From the NCBI GenBank assembly GCA_964558645.1, contig CAZLEV010000003.1:96001-160000 (forward strand): 64,000 bases of DNA, in the 5' to 3' direction. Positions within the stretch are counted from its first letter, which is position 1; every line of letters starts with the position of its first letter. The position numbers and the translations under genes were made by a program. The DNA is from an uncultured archaeon. GTDB taxonomy: Archaea; Asgardarchaeota; Thorarchaeia; Thorarchaeales; Thorarchaeaceae. The notes under the pieces were generated by a model. That model searched no databases, had not been told where the DNA came from, and was given only the letters and a program-made list of their open reading frames with translations. Positions 47,400 to 57,169 of the stretch are shown here, in pieces.

Positions 47400-49004
47400 A
47401 TGGAGGAAAGCACCCAATTCGACAAAGAGATGTATCTTGACATTTTGCAGAATGACCTCCCCATGAAACGGTATGTTTCCAGAGGAGACACGCCTGACGG
47501 AGTGGACATCCGGGGGCCGCATGAGGAGGCAGACCGATCGATTGCTAGGGCTATTCGTTTCACGAAGAGCGATGGGACCCCTCGGTTTCAACCGGTGCTC
47601 GGCAGTGCAGGGATGGGAAAGACACACTTCTTCTGGGTGTTGAAGGAACGAGAGGCGGATCCCAAGTTCGGTCCTTACACCACCATCTACGTTCCCTCTC
47701 CACCGAGTCCAGCACGCGTACCTTTGCACTTCCACGCCTGCATAGTTGACGAGGCGGGGGATGAGCTGTTTGCAAGTGCCGGACGAATGTTAGTCGCCCG
47801 TTTTGGCGATGGTTCCGATAATGGCAGCCAAGATATCGATCATATAATGGACCGCGCATTGGAAGAGTATCCCGGAATCAGCTCAGATGCAGTCAAGGTG
47901 TTACTTCAGTATCAGCTAGATCCAAAGCGAAGGGTGCTTGCCAGAAGATGGCTTCTTGGAGACGCGTTGAGTCAAGAAGAGATTGATAGCCTAGATGTCC
48001 ATACTGTGCTAGAGGATGATGATGTCACACTAGCAACAATCAAGGTCTTATCGGAGGGGGCACAGGAGCCGCTTACACTATTCATAGACGAGATGGAGGG
48101 GCCTTACAATACACATGGAGATCACGGTGAGAGGCAGTTCCTTGAGGTCATGAAACGGTTATACAATGAATCAAAGAACATCGTAATTGTGGCTTCTTGC
48201 TTGACTGAAATCTGGCCCAGAATCTACGAGCTAGCTGATGCTCCAATGAAGTCCCGTATGGAAGAGCCTGTGGAATTACGCCACTTCACTAAGAACGACG
48301 TGGCCGGATTCGTGGCCCGCACCATGAACAGGTATTGGGAAGAGAAGAACGTTGATCCTCCACCCAATCCACTATTCCCACTCTCAGAGGAGGATATTGA
48401 CACCGCATTCACCAAATCTAGGGGTGTTCCCCGTGAGGCGATAAGGCACATCATCAATCGTCTCGACGGGATTCTGCTTGGCCGCGAAGAAACTGCGGTT
48501 GAAGAACAGGATGACTACGTTGTCAAGTTGACTCCGAATGTGGTCATCGGTGCCATTGTGAAAGCGATACTCATCGCTGGCCTGAAGATGGATGTTGAGG
48601 TGCGACTGCACACTGCATCAGGCGGTGAGAAATCCCAAGCCTCGGCTACTGTCGTTCTGCACCGAGAAGGAGATGAGCATAAGGTATCAATTGATGTGCC
48701 AAATGTCAAGGACTGGAATCGAAGCGGTGGTGTGGCTGCCTACTACTCGGCAAAGAGACTCCAGAGTGCTCTTGAAGAAGGTGAGGCTGAGATTGCTGTT
48801 ATTGCCATCCCTGAAGAGTCGCGTGGTGCCAAATTCGAGTCTATCAGTGCCTCATTGGGTAGAAGGCTGTTCAAGCTCCGCTTGAATGAAACCACTGCTA
48901 AGCAACTGGTTGAGATGACAAACCGGGCAAAGCTCAGTGAAGCACGAAAAGCTGTGTTTCTGGATTTGATTGGCAGTGTCTTTGGTCCATCTGAATTGAT
49001 GTGA
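47400..49004 (+). CDS. P-loop/AAA+ ATPase with C-terminal alpha/beta domain
   Basis: GSAGMGKTH, LFIDEME, SR (arginine finger-like), SRGVPREAIR. Confidence 0.75.
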   Translation: MEESTQFDKEMYLDILQNDLPMKRYVSRGDTPDGVDIRGPHEEADRSIARAIRFTKSDGTPRFQPVLGSAGMGKTHFFWVLKEREADPKFGPYTTIYVPSPPSPARVPLHFHACIVDEAGDELFASAGRMLVARFGDGSDNGSQDIDHIMDRALEEYPGISSDAVKVLLQYQLDPKRRVLARRWLLGDALSQEEIDSLDVHTVLEDDDVTLATIKVLSEGAQEPLTLFIDEMEGPYNTHGDHGERQFLEVMKRLYNESKNIVIVASCLTEIWPRIYELADAPMKSRMEEPVELRHFTKNDVAGFVARTMNRYWEEKNVDPPPNPLFPLSEEDIDTAFTKSRGVPREAIRHIINRLDGILLGREETAVEEQDDYVVKLTPNVVIGAIVKAILIAGLKMDVEVRLHTASGGEKSQASATVVLHREGDEHKVSIDVPNVKDWNRSGGVAAYYSAKRLQSALEEGEAEIAVIAIPEESRGAKFESISASLGRRLFKLRLNETTAKQLVEMTNRAKLSEARKAVFLDLIGSVFGPSELM

Positions 49005-49017
49005 ATCTCTACCGACC

Positions 49018-49662
49018 TCACTGCCCCTCTGAATCGGTGTTGTGCTCATCGTCTACTTCGGGTGATTCTGTTTCATCCTCCTCTTCCTTGCACGCAACCT
49101 CAGGCAATACTAGGATGAGGATGAAGATGACCACTATCGTGATTTGACCAAGGGGTTCTTTCAGCCAAAGGCTCACATGGCCAATCTGTGGAATTATGAG
49201 AACAACCTCTCCCACAATTTCATCGATGGTTCTATTTCCAGGATCCCTTTGTGAATTCGCATCTCCTCTCGTGTAGTAGAAGAAAACGCCATCTATCTCC
49301 TCAATTTCTACAACGCGATGCACAATGGGATTCGGATTCCAGTCGTCTTGATACACAACTATATCGCCGACCTGTATCCCTTCTTCAGTTCGGCCTTGGA
49401 GGACAAGAAGGTCTCCGACGTTGATTGTCGGAACCATAGACTCACTCGTTACCACAACAAGGGGTGTGGTCGTGCCCATCGCGGCCATGAAGACACCATA
49501 ACCGCCCAGTGTAACACCTACAACAAGGATTAGGAGTACACCTGTCTTCACCATTTCGGACCTGTTGTCCCAATCAAGGGCTCTTCGGGTGCGTTCCATG
49601 GGCTCTACGCTCGATACGAGGGGACTGTGGTCGGCTAATAAGGCTTCTGAGAATTGGCCCAC
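49018..49662 (-). CDS. Signal peptidase I (Sec11-type, Ser-His)
   Basis: SESMVP, GD, IVHRV, TRGDAN...D; start uncertain. Confidence 0.9.
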   Translation of the reverse strand: MGQFSEALLADHSPLVSSVEPMERTRRALDWDNRSEMVKTGVLLILVVGVTLGGYGVFMAAMGTTTPLVVVTSESMVPTINVGDLLVLQGRTEEGIQVGDIVVYQDDWNPNPIVHRVVEIEEIDGVFFYYTRGDANSQRDPGNRTIDEIVGEVVLIIPQIGHVSLWLKEPLGQITIVVIFILILVLPEVACKEEEDETESPEVDDEHNTDSEGQ

Positions 49663-49718
49663 AACAAAAGGTTAAACTTGTGACTCTTGGCCACTTGTCT
49701 TCCAAGAGGCACCCCGCA

Positions 49719-50870
49719 ATGAGCAGCATCTGGGTCAGAACATGGGAGAGCACGCCGAAGATCGACTGCGGCCTATGTGGGAGAAATAGCTGCTCAAGTT
49801 TCTCGCGGGCGGTTCTTGTTGGCGACCTTGAAGTTGCGGCATGTCCCATACTTCGTCTACCTGAGTTTGTCAGCCTCAGGGAGGAGTTGGAAACGAATCG
49901 CGCCCGAAAAATGAAAGCGCGCTCCAGAGTGGCACCCGACCGACCAAAGAATGGTGTCTTGTACACAAGACCCTGCAAGGACACGGATGAACGTCTTATG
50001 GCTGAGCTCAGAGTCCACAATGGGATAGAGCCCGGTGAACCCGTTCGGTTTCCGCAGTTCGACCCTCTGATTCTCTGTGACATGTTGGAATGCTTGGATG
50101 TTCCTTTCGAAGATGTGAAGTGTAGTCGTGAACTAGGGTATGGGCGGATTAAGGCTTCTGAGATGAGTATCACCGTGCTCCGGGACGGCCGTGTGAATAT
50201 TCGCAGGGTCGAGAGCAAGGAATCAGTCGCTCAGGTGTTTCAGAAGATTGAGCGCGTCATAATCGGTTCAGTTGTATGCGAGTGTTGTGGATGTGATTTG
50301 CTTTCAATACTCGCAGGATGTAGGACGCGAGATATTGACCCAGACCATCCTGTGCTCGCTGCTGGAAGCAGCCTCTCTCTGAACGAAGATATTGCTCGTC
50401 AACCGCTTACGAGAGGAAGCCTGGAGGCGGCATTAGGCGACAGTGCCTCGACGACCATAGAGACGATAGACTCACTTCACAATCTGTTGGTTCGGGGGAT
50501 CGGACAGCTTGCAGACGATGGTTCTTCGTCAAGCGCGGAGGAACCAGATATGGATGAAGCCAGATGCACGGTTGCTAGATTGATGCAGAGCCATGATGTT
50601 CGCGGCAATGAGACCGTTGTCCTCAAAGCTCTATCGATTCTCAGTGCAACTCTTGCTGCATTGGATAGCATCAATGATGTTGGGCGTCTGCGAGATCAGC
50701 TTGATGAAGAAGGCCATCGTTCAGTCCAGTCCTATATTGAAAGGGCAAAGGCCGGTCTGCTCACTGAAGTCATTCCCGCTACTGAAACCTCTAGCCTGCT
50801 ACTCTGTTATGCCCATCTGAACAAGGTGAACAGAGCTATTCGACTTCTGAACAGATGGGACCATTCATAG
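49719..50870 (+). CDS. Protein with N-terminal putative Fe-S domain (CxxCxxxxC...CP) and further Cys clusters
   Basis: DCGLCGRNSC...ACP; PC; CxxxxC; CECCGC. Confidence 0.7.
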   Translation: MSSIWVRTWESTPKIDCGLCGRNSCSSFSRAVLVGDLEVAACPILRLPEFVSLREELETNRARKMKARSRVAPDRPKNGVLYTRPCKDTDERLMAELRVHNGIEPGEPVRFPQFDPLILCDMLECLDVPFEDVKCSRELGYGRIKASEMSITVLRDGRVNIRRVESKESVAQVFQKIERVIIGSVVCECCGCDLLSILAGCRTRDIDPDHPVLAAGSSLSLNEDIARQPLTRGSLEAALGDSASTTIETIDSLHNLLVRGIGQLADDGSSSSAEEPDMDEARCTVARLMQSHDVRGNETVVLKALSILSATLAALDSINDVGRLRDQLDEEGHRSVQSYIERAKAGLLTEVIPATETSSLLLCYAHLNKVNRAIRLLNRWDHS

Positions 50871-50955
50871 CGGTGATTGAGGCTTCTGCTTGCTTGATGT
50901 GTTACCTCACATCTTAAAAGTGGGCCGGCGAGTTGTGCATTACAGGGAATTTGAA

Positions 50956-52332
50956 ATGAGAGTTGTTAAGATACGCTCTGAAGGGCTCTCGCATCTCTCC
51001 TATTTCGTACATTCTGGGAATGATGCATTTGTTGTAGATCCCCGAAGAGACATTGACGTCTACGTGAAGTTGGCTGAGGAGAACGATTGCGAAATCAAGC
51101 ACATCTTCGAAACTCACAGAAACGAGGACTATGTTATTGGTTCATTGGAACTGAAGAATCGAATACCATCTGCGCGGATTGGACACAGTGATGCTATCGA
51201 TTTCGAGTTCGGTGACGATTCTATACCTGATGGCGAAACCATTGCGATAGGGGCCATGAAAATCACCTGCACAAACACACCAGGTCACACCCCCGACAGT
51301 ATGTGTTATGCAGTTGCTGATGAATCTGTGAGCACTGATCCCATTGTTGTATTCACAGGCGACACGTTGTTCGTTAACGAAGTCGGACGAACGGACCTTG
51401 TGGACCCAGACAGAACTGGTGAGTTTGCCGAAGTATTGTACGAAAGTCTTCATGAGAAGGTCCTTCCACTCGGAGATCATGTCATTATTCATCCTGCGCA
51501 CGGAGCGGGATCCGTCTGTGGTGGTGACATTGGCGAACGCGAGTTCTCCACAATTGGATATGAGAAACGAAATAACAAGTGGCTATCAATGGACCGAGAC
51601 GAGTTTGTGAAGCATAAGCTCGAACAAAAACTCATACTGTCGCCCTACTTCAAGCACTGCGAGAAATTGAACACCATTGGCCCCCCACTCCTTAGTGATA
51701 GAGATCCAGTTCGCACGCTTGATGTTGACACATTTGAGGAAATGAGGAATAAGCCAAAGCACGTAGTAATTGACACCCGTGATCCTAAAGCGTATCTTGA
51801 AGGACACATCCCTGACTCGATCAGCAGCTTTCTAGGAGCCATGGGGATGATTGCTGGCTGGGTTTTCAATCCCGATGACCTATTCCTCCTCATCCTTAGT
51901 AACCCAGCAGACATGGAAGAGACAAGAAGCTACTTGATTCGCGTTGGTTATGATAATGTATTAGGTTATCTTGCAAGGGGATTCGAGGGCTGGAAACAAG
52001 CCGGTAATCTAGTAAGTTCAATGAAGAACTATGAAATCCCTGAGCTGAAAGAGCGTCTAGATAAAGGCGGAGTTCAGATTGTAGACGTGCGACAGCCTCA
52101 TGAGTATCATCGGGGCACCATGAAGGATTCCCACTTCATCCCCCTTACATCAATCGACGAGAAGATGGGCTCCCTTGAGCAGAATAAGGAGGTCATCACG
52201 ATTTGCCCATCTGGAATCCGAAGCACCACAGCGGCAAGCATTCTCAAGAGGAACGGTTTTGAGAAAGTTGGTGTGCCTGTTGAAGGCCTGAAGTCTTGGC
52301 GAGAGGCAGGTCTTCCTCTAGAGAAGGATTAA
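50956..52332 (+). CDS. MBL-fold hydrolase fused to two rhodanese domains
   Basis: THRNED, PGHT, TGDTLF, PAHGAGSVCG, IDTR..GHIP, VDVR, ICPSGIRS. Confidence 0.88.
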   Translation: MRVVKIRSEGLSHLSYFVHSGNDAFVVDPRRDIDVYVKLAEENDCEIKHIFETHRNEDYVIGSLELKNRIPSARIGHSDAIDFEFGDDSIPDGETIAIGAMKITCTNTPGHTPDSMCYAVADESVSTDPIVVFTGDTLFVNEVGRTDLVDPDRTGEFAEVLYESLHEKVLPLGDHVIIHPAHGAGSVCGGDIGEREFSTIGYEKRNNKWLSMDRDEFVKHKLEQKLILSPYFKHCEKLNTIGPPLLSDRDPVRTLDVDTFEEMRNKPKHVVIDTRDPKAYLEGHIPDSISSFLGAMGMIAGWVFNPDDLFLLILSNPADMEETRSYLIRVGYDNVLGYLARGFEGWKQAGNLVSSMKNYEIPELKERLDKGGVQIVDVRQPHEYHRGTMKDSHFIPLTSIDEKMGSLEQNKEVITICPSGIRSTTAASILKRNGFEKVGVPVEGLKSWREAGLPLEKD

Positions 52333-52334
52333 GC

Positions 52335-53921
52335 ATGTTCTGGCAACGCAAGACAGGTCGCTCTGATATCATTGCGAAGAATGGAGCAGTTGCGACTTCC
52401 CAGCCGCTTGCCACACAGGCTGGCGTAGAAATTCTGAAGAGGGGAGGTAATGCTGTTGACGCAGCCATAGCTGCAGCAGCTGTCCTCGATGTTGTTGAGC
52501 CGTTCTCGACTGGATGCGGTGGAGATGCGTTTGCACTTGTCCATCTGACGGGATCGAATAGACCACTTGGATACAATGGCTCAGGGCATTCTGGTTCGTT
52601 GGTAACTCTGTCTGACCTACGTGAGCGCGGATGGGAAGCTATGCCGACTCGGGGGGGTCCAACTGTCACGGTCCCCGGAGCCATGCATCTCTGGCATACT
52701 CTTGTTGATGCCCATGGACGACTTGAGTTCTCAGATGTTCTTTCTCCAGCAATCAGATACGCAGAAGAGGGATTCCCGGTGTCTCCTGTCATTTCCGAGG
52801 TCTGGGGTCTAGTGACTGATTTTCTTAGGAGCGAATACGCCCGTGAGATCTTTACTCTAGATGGGGCTCCTCCACGAAGAGGTCAGCTTATGAAGAATCC
52901 GGACCTTGCAGGTGTCTTCAGAGGTGTCGGTAGGGAAGGGCTTGAGTATTTCTATGAGGGTGAGGTAGCCAGACGAATTGTTGAAACAGTACAGGATGAC
53001 GGAGGCTTCTTGACTCTTGAGGATATGAAGACGCATGCTACAACCGTTACCGAGCCCATCTCGTTGAGTTATCGTGGGCATGATGTATATGAGCATCCTC
53101 CCAATGGACAGGGTTTCGCTGCTTTGATTATGCTGGGACTAATGCAGGAACTCGAATCATCAACTCAACCTGCAATGAGTGCTGAACGGTACCATCTGAT
53201 GATTGAGGCCAAGAAGCTCGCTTATGCGGACCTCTATGCTCACAATGCGGATCCCGATTTCTATGATGTACCACTGGAGGATATGCTCTCAGGAGAGTAT
53301 CTGCAGAAACGTGCTCATATGATAGACAGCGATGCAGCCATGAAACTCCCAGAATCGGGTCTGGGCTATGAATGCGATACTGTCTATCTCGCTGCAGCTG
53401 ACAGGGATGGGAACGCCGTCAGTTTCATCAACAGCCTCTATATGGGCTTTGGAAGCGGGCTGGTTGTACCTGGAACTGGAATCAAGCTCCAAAACCGAGG
53501 AAGCCTTTTCCAATTAGATCCCGGGCATCCCAATGCTTATGCTCCCAACAAGAGGCCCTTCCATACAATCATCCCCGGGGCGGTATACAGAAACAAAAAG
53601 ATGGAAGGTGTTTTCGGCATTATGGGCGGCCCGCATCAGGCACAGGCACATGCTCAGTTCATCAGTAACATGATAGACTACGAGATGAGTCCTCAAGAGG
53701 CCCTTGACTATCCAAGGTTTCATCACGATCAAGAATCTAACACTGTTGCCTTAGAGAACGGTGTTCCGCCGAATATCCAAGGCAATCTTCGAAAACTCGG
53801 CCACGTACTTGCCCATGAGACCTCCTTCGGTTTCGGAGGGGGGCAGGCAATCTTCAAGCTAGAAGATTCATGGATTGCAGGTTCTGATTTCAGGAAGGAT
53901 GGCCAAGCTGCCGGTTTTTAG
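52335..53921 (+). CDS. ggt: Gamma-glutamyltransferase
   Basis: GGNAVDAAIA, nucleophile DTVY, GFGSG, KRPFHTIIP, GIMGG, SDFRKDG. Confidence 0.93.
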   Translation: MFWQRKTGRSDIIAKNGAVATSQPLATQAGVEILKRGGNAVDAAIAAAAVLDVVEPFSTGCGGDAFALVHLTGSNRPLGYNGSGHSGSLVTLSDLRERGWEAMPTRGGPTVTVPGAMHLWHTLVDAHGRLEFSDVLSPAIRYAEEGFPVSPVISEVWGLVTDFLRSEYAREIFTLDGAPPRRGQLMKNPDLAGVFRGVGREGLEYFYEGEVARRIVETVQDDGGFLTLEDMKTHATTVTEPISLSYRGHDVYEHPPNGQGFAALIMLGLMQELESSTQPAMSAERYHLMIEAKKLAYADLYAHNADPDFYDVPLEDMLSGEYLQKRAHMIDSDAAMKLPESGLGYECDTVYLAAADRDGNAVSFINSLYMGFGSGLVVPGTGIKLQNRGSLFQLDPGHPNAYAPNKRPFHTIIPGAVYRNKKMEGVFGIMGGPHQAQAHAQFISNMIDYEMSPQEALDYPRFHHDQESNTVALENGVPPNIQGNLRKLGHVLAHETSFGFGGGQAIFKLEDSWIAGSDFRKDGQAAGF

Positions 53922-54014
53922 TTTCTGTTCCTGATGCATAGACTGAAATCGGCTGGCTTCAATACGCAGAGCAGAAAGTCCAGTTCCCAATTGACGTTAT
54001 GGCTTGTGAGAATC

Positions 54015-55526
54015 ATGGATGAAGAGTCAATCGAATATCGAGAAGAGAGTGACATGCTTGGCACGCGTCGAATACCGAGAGATGCTTATTGGGGTGTACA
54101 GACTCTGCGGGCGGTGGAGAACTTCGGGGTCTCACTGATACCATTGAGCAACTACACTACCCTTGTCCAAGCGCTGGCCATGGTCAAGAAGTCCTGTACG
54201 ATGGCTAACCAAGAACTTGGTCACCTTGGAGATGAATATGCCAATGCCATCATTCAGGCATGTGATGAGGTTATTGATGAACAGATGCATGACCAGTTCG
54301 TTGTCGATATGCTTCAGGGAGGGGCAGGTACCAGTACGAACATGAACATGAATGAGGTGCTTGCCTCTCGAGCTAACGAGATTCTGGGACATCCGCGGAA
54401 TTCCATGAGTCCCGTGTCTGCCAATGACCATGTGAACATGGCCCAGAGTACAAATGATGTCTATCCCACTGCAATCAAGATTGCTGCAATCTTCGGTCTC
54501 TCAGACTTGTCATCAGCTTTGGAGCAGTTGATTCTGGCACTGGATGAGAAGGCGCGAGAATGCAGTGACCTACTGAAGCTCGGCCGTACAGAGATGCAAG
54601 ATGCTGTACCGATCACTCTCGGTCAGGAGTTTTCAGCATGGTCTGGATGTCTGAAGCGCGATTTGCTACGAATCGGCTTGGCGGTGGACGTGTTGGAAAA
54701 GCACAATATTGGGGCTACTGCAATAGGCACCTCTCTAAACGCGGATCCTGAATATATCCGAGGAGCAGAGAGGCATCTACGAGATGTAACAGGTCTTGAT
54801 GGACTCACAACTGCTGAGAACCTGATTGATGACACTCAAAATAGTGACGAGTTTGTGCATGCCTCTGGTTTGCTTCGAGTACTTGCCACAAATCTAAGCA
54901 AGATATGCAATGATCTGATCCTGCTTTCATCCGGTCCTATAGGTGGCTTTCATGAGATCACCCTCCCTGCCGTTCAGCCTGGTAGCTCGATCATGCCTGG
55001 TAAAGTCAATCCTGTCATCTGCGAGATGGTCATTCAGTGTGCCTATGAGGTAATTGGTCATGATGCAGTGATATCGCTGGCTGCGCAGGCTGGCCAGCTT
55101 GAGTTGAATGCCTATGAACCAGTTATTGCCTACAACTTCTTTCAGGCTGTCAAGCTGCTTCGAAACTCGATGCCCATTCTGACCAACAAGTGCATCAAAG
55201 GAATTGAACCTAACAGAGAGGGCCTTGATGTTGTTCACAGGAGCATCGGGCTGGTGACTGCTCTGAACCCTGTCCTAGGTTACAAGGCGGCAACTCGAAT
55301 TGCTAAGAAGGCTCTTGATACGAAGAAGACCATCCGTGAGATTGTGCTGGAGGAAGGGATTTTCGATGAGAGTTACCTCGATGTGCTTCTCTCCCCAGAG
55401 CGAATGACGACAGCAGGAATCGCAGGACATAGTCATGCTTCCACGAGTGATGAAGATGGTGATGACGGTCCGAATGATGAGAGGCCGGATGGACAAGACA
55501 ATGTGACAGCAACAGAGGAGCGCTAA
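54015..55526 (+). CDS. aspA: Aspartate ammonia-lyase
   Basis: QGGAGTSTNMN, QSTND, GRTEMQDA, GSSIMPGKVNP. Confidence 0.92.
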   Translation: MDEESIEYREESDMLGTRRIPRDAYWGVQTLRAVENFGVSLIPLSNYTTLVQALAMVKKSCTMANQELGHLGDEYANAIIQACDEVIDEQMHDQFVVDMLQGGAGTSTNMNMNEVLASRANEILGHPRNSMSPVSANDHVNMAQSTNDVYPTAIKIAAIFGLSDLSSALEQLILALDEKARECSDLLKLGRTEMQDAVPITLGQEFSAWSGCLKRDLLRIGLAVDVLEKHNIGATAIGTSLNADPEYIRGAERHLRDVTGLDGLTTAENLIDDTQNSDEFVHASGLLRVLATNLSKICNDLILLSSGPIGGFHEITLPAVQPGSSIMPGKVNPVICEMVIQCAYEVIGHDAVISLAAQAGQLELNAYEPVIAYNFFQAVKLLRNSMPILTNKCIKGIEPNREGLDVVHRSIGLVTALNPVLGYKAATRIAKKALDTKKTIREIVLEEGIFDESYLDVLLSPERMTTAGIAGHSHASTSDEDGDDGPNDERPDGQDNVTATEER

Positions 55527-55530
55527 CTCT

Positions 55531-55992
55531 ATGGATATCCAACCCGAGCTACGTGAGAGAGTGATGAACCTTCTAGAGAGCCAGTTGGTAGGTGCGCTGT
55601 CTACAACAAGCAATGGTATTCCCTACTCTTGTTTGGTCAGCTACAGGTTCACTGATGACCTTGAAACTGCGATATTCGCGACCAAGAGAGATCGGCTCAA
55701 GTACCGCAAGATGATGGAGAATCCGAATGTGTCGTTGCTCATTGACGACCGTCAGAACCGAATGGATGATTTTCGAACAGTGACCTCCCTTAGCGTCTTG
55801 GGAACCGTTATTGATACGGAGGGACCAACGAGGGAGAGGTATATGGACCTGCTTCTCGAGAAGCATCCATATTTCACCGACTTTGTCCGTGCCTCAGACA
55901 CAGCAGTGATTGAGGTCTCTGTGAAGCATATGTACATCGTAAAAGATTTCGAGAGTGTAACGAAACTCACAATTGAAGAAAAGGGTGAGTAG
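55531..55992 (+). CDS. Pyridoxamine 5'-phosphate oxidase-like FMN-binding protein
   Basis: LST..NGIPY, KYRKMMENPNVSLLID. Confidence 0.85.
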   Translation: MDIQPELRERVMNLLESQLVGALSTTSNGIPYSCLVSYRFTDDLETAIFATKRDRLKYRKMMENPNVSLLIDDRQNRMDDFRTVTSLSVLGTVIDTEGPTRERYMDLLLEKHPYFTDFVRASDTAVIEVSVKHMYIVKDFESVTKLTIEEKGE

Positions 55993-56032
55993 TGGTCAGT
56001 TGACCACGAGCAGAGATGGACTGTCTGTACGC

Positions 56033-56182
56033 ATGGCTGCACGAAGTTGCTCGCGGCCAACCTTCCCGGTAGGATGACATGTCTGAGTTGTTACCCTCCG
56101 TTCGAGTTGAACAGAAGCCCTAGGCCTCGGACCTCAACTTCCTACTCCGCCATGTCACAGGGTCGGATGACACGACAGCCAT
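56033..56182 (-). ncRNA. Candidate multi-stem structured RNA (unassigned)
   Basis: Nested stems ATGGCTG/CAGCCAT, CCGACC/GGTTGG, GTGACATG/CATGTCAT, plus two inner hairpins; G-U pairs form only on the minus strand. Confidence 0.3.
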
Positions 56183-56302
56183 AGAGGTTTGATAGTCAAA
56201 ACATATGCTATGCATACTCGAACATGAATGATTTTGGGTAATATCTTACACGTCATATGGAAACCAACAAAAGGGGGAACAGTTTACTATTGTTATTGAG
56301 AA

Positions 56303-57169
56303 GTGATAGAGTTGCCAGAAGAAGATGTCAAACGTGGTGGAGATACCGTCTATCGGGTATTCTCTCAAGATTTCTATGCAACGGATTTACACATTGAAGA
56401 AATCGGAATCAAACAGCAAGAAGAGTGGAGGTCTAGAAGTCGTCAGTATACAACGGATTCCGAGATAATTGGAAAAGTGGAAACTGCGCAACGAGGCTCT
56501 GCTTCGGATTCGATGCCTGACTTGGAGAAAGAGGGGTTTATCGTCCAGCGAGAACGCCCTTGGGATGATGCTCCGAATGAGTATTCGAAGAGGCTAGTTC
56601 TCAAGCTGTTTACGGACACTGGGAACTGGTATGCGACCATTGAAGAGATGTTGGCGGATGAATATGCTAGGAGTTTCTCTGCAGATATGCCGTTAGTGTC
56701 ATTTGCTGTCTTGACCGATGAGAATGAGATTCTCACACGAATCAGTCAGAATCGTCGGGGTCCGGTCGACACTGAGAGTTATTCCTTTTTTCTGGTTGGT
56801 AACGATGGCCAGTTCCAAGTCTTCAGAATCGAAGGAAAGAGGATCACCATGGGCGACGATTTCCGTGTAGTAATGGCCACAGACGACGCAACAGTGGCTG
56901 AGATAGACAGCAAGGTGGTTAACATAGGTGGCGAGTGCACTGTCAAGATACGCGATCCGATTCTGGCAAATAATGATTGGTTCTGTAGGGTTCTTCAGGC
57001 ATTCTCAACGACAATCAAGTACAGAAAGGACATCTGGAAGAAAATCTCGCGGGGCTTGGAGGCGCTTAAGGACAGCAAGGGTACGCCTTTGCAAGAGCGG
57101 TTCGAAGTCAGCCTGCTTGCAAACCCGCGCCGTCTGACGCTTGAGATAGATGAGTTCGATGACGTCTAA
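56303..57169 (+). CDS. Hypothetical protein, possible Tubby-C/LURP-one/scramblase-like beta-barrel
   Basis: Serial beta-hairpins RITMGDDFRV..VAEIDSKVVNIGGECTVKI followed by a hydrophobic helix. Confidence 0.55.
   Translation: MIELPEEDVKRGGDTVYRVFSQDFYATDLHIEEIGIKQQEEWRSRSRQYTTDSEIIGKVETAQRGSASDSMPDLEKEGFIVQRERPWDDAPNEYSKRLVLKLFTDTGNWYATIEEMLADEYARSFSADMPLVSFAVLTDENEILTRISQNRRGPVDTESYSFFLVGNDGQFQVFRIEGKRITMGDDFRVVMATDDATVAEIDSKVVNIGGECTVKIRDPILANNDWFCRVLQAFSTTIKYRKDIWKKISRGLEALKDSKGTPLQERFEVSLLANPRRLTLEIDEFDDV

Noticed and set aside
55990-56184. TAG read-through (pyrrolysine) extending the PNPOx-like ORF by ~63 codons
   Set aside because: The domain is already complete, the extension is not protein-like, and no pyl genes are in the window.
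56100-56195. RNase P RNA or 5S rRNA (AACAGAA and CAGCCATAG-like words)
   Set aside because: The other conserved regions (GAGGAAAGUCC; 5S CCGAAC loop) and the expected lengths are missing.
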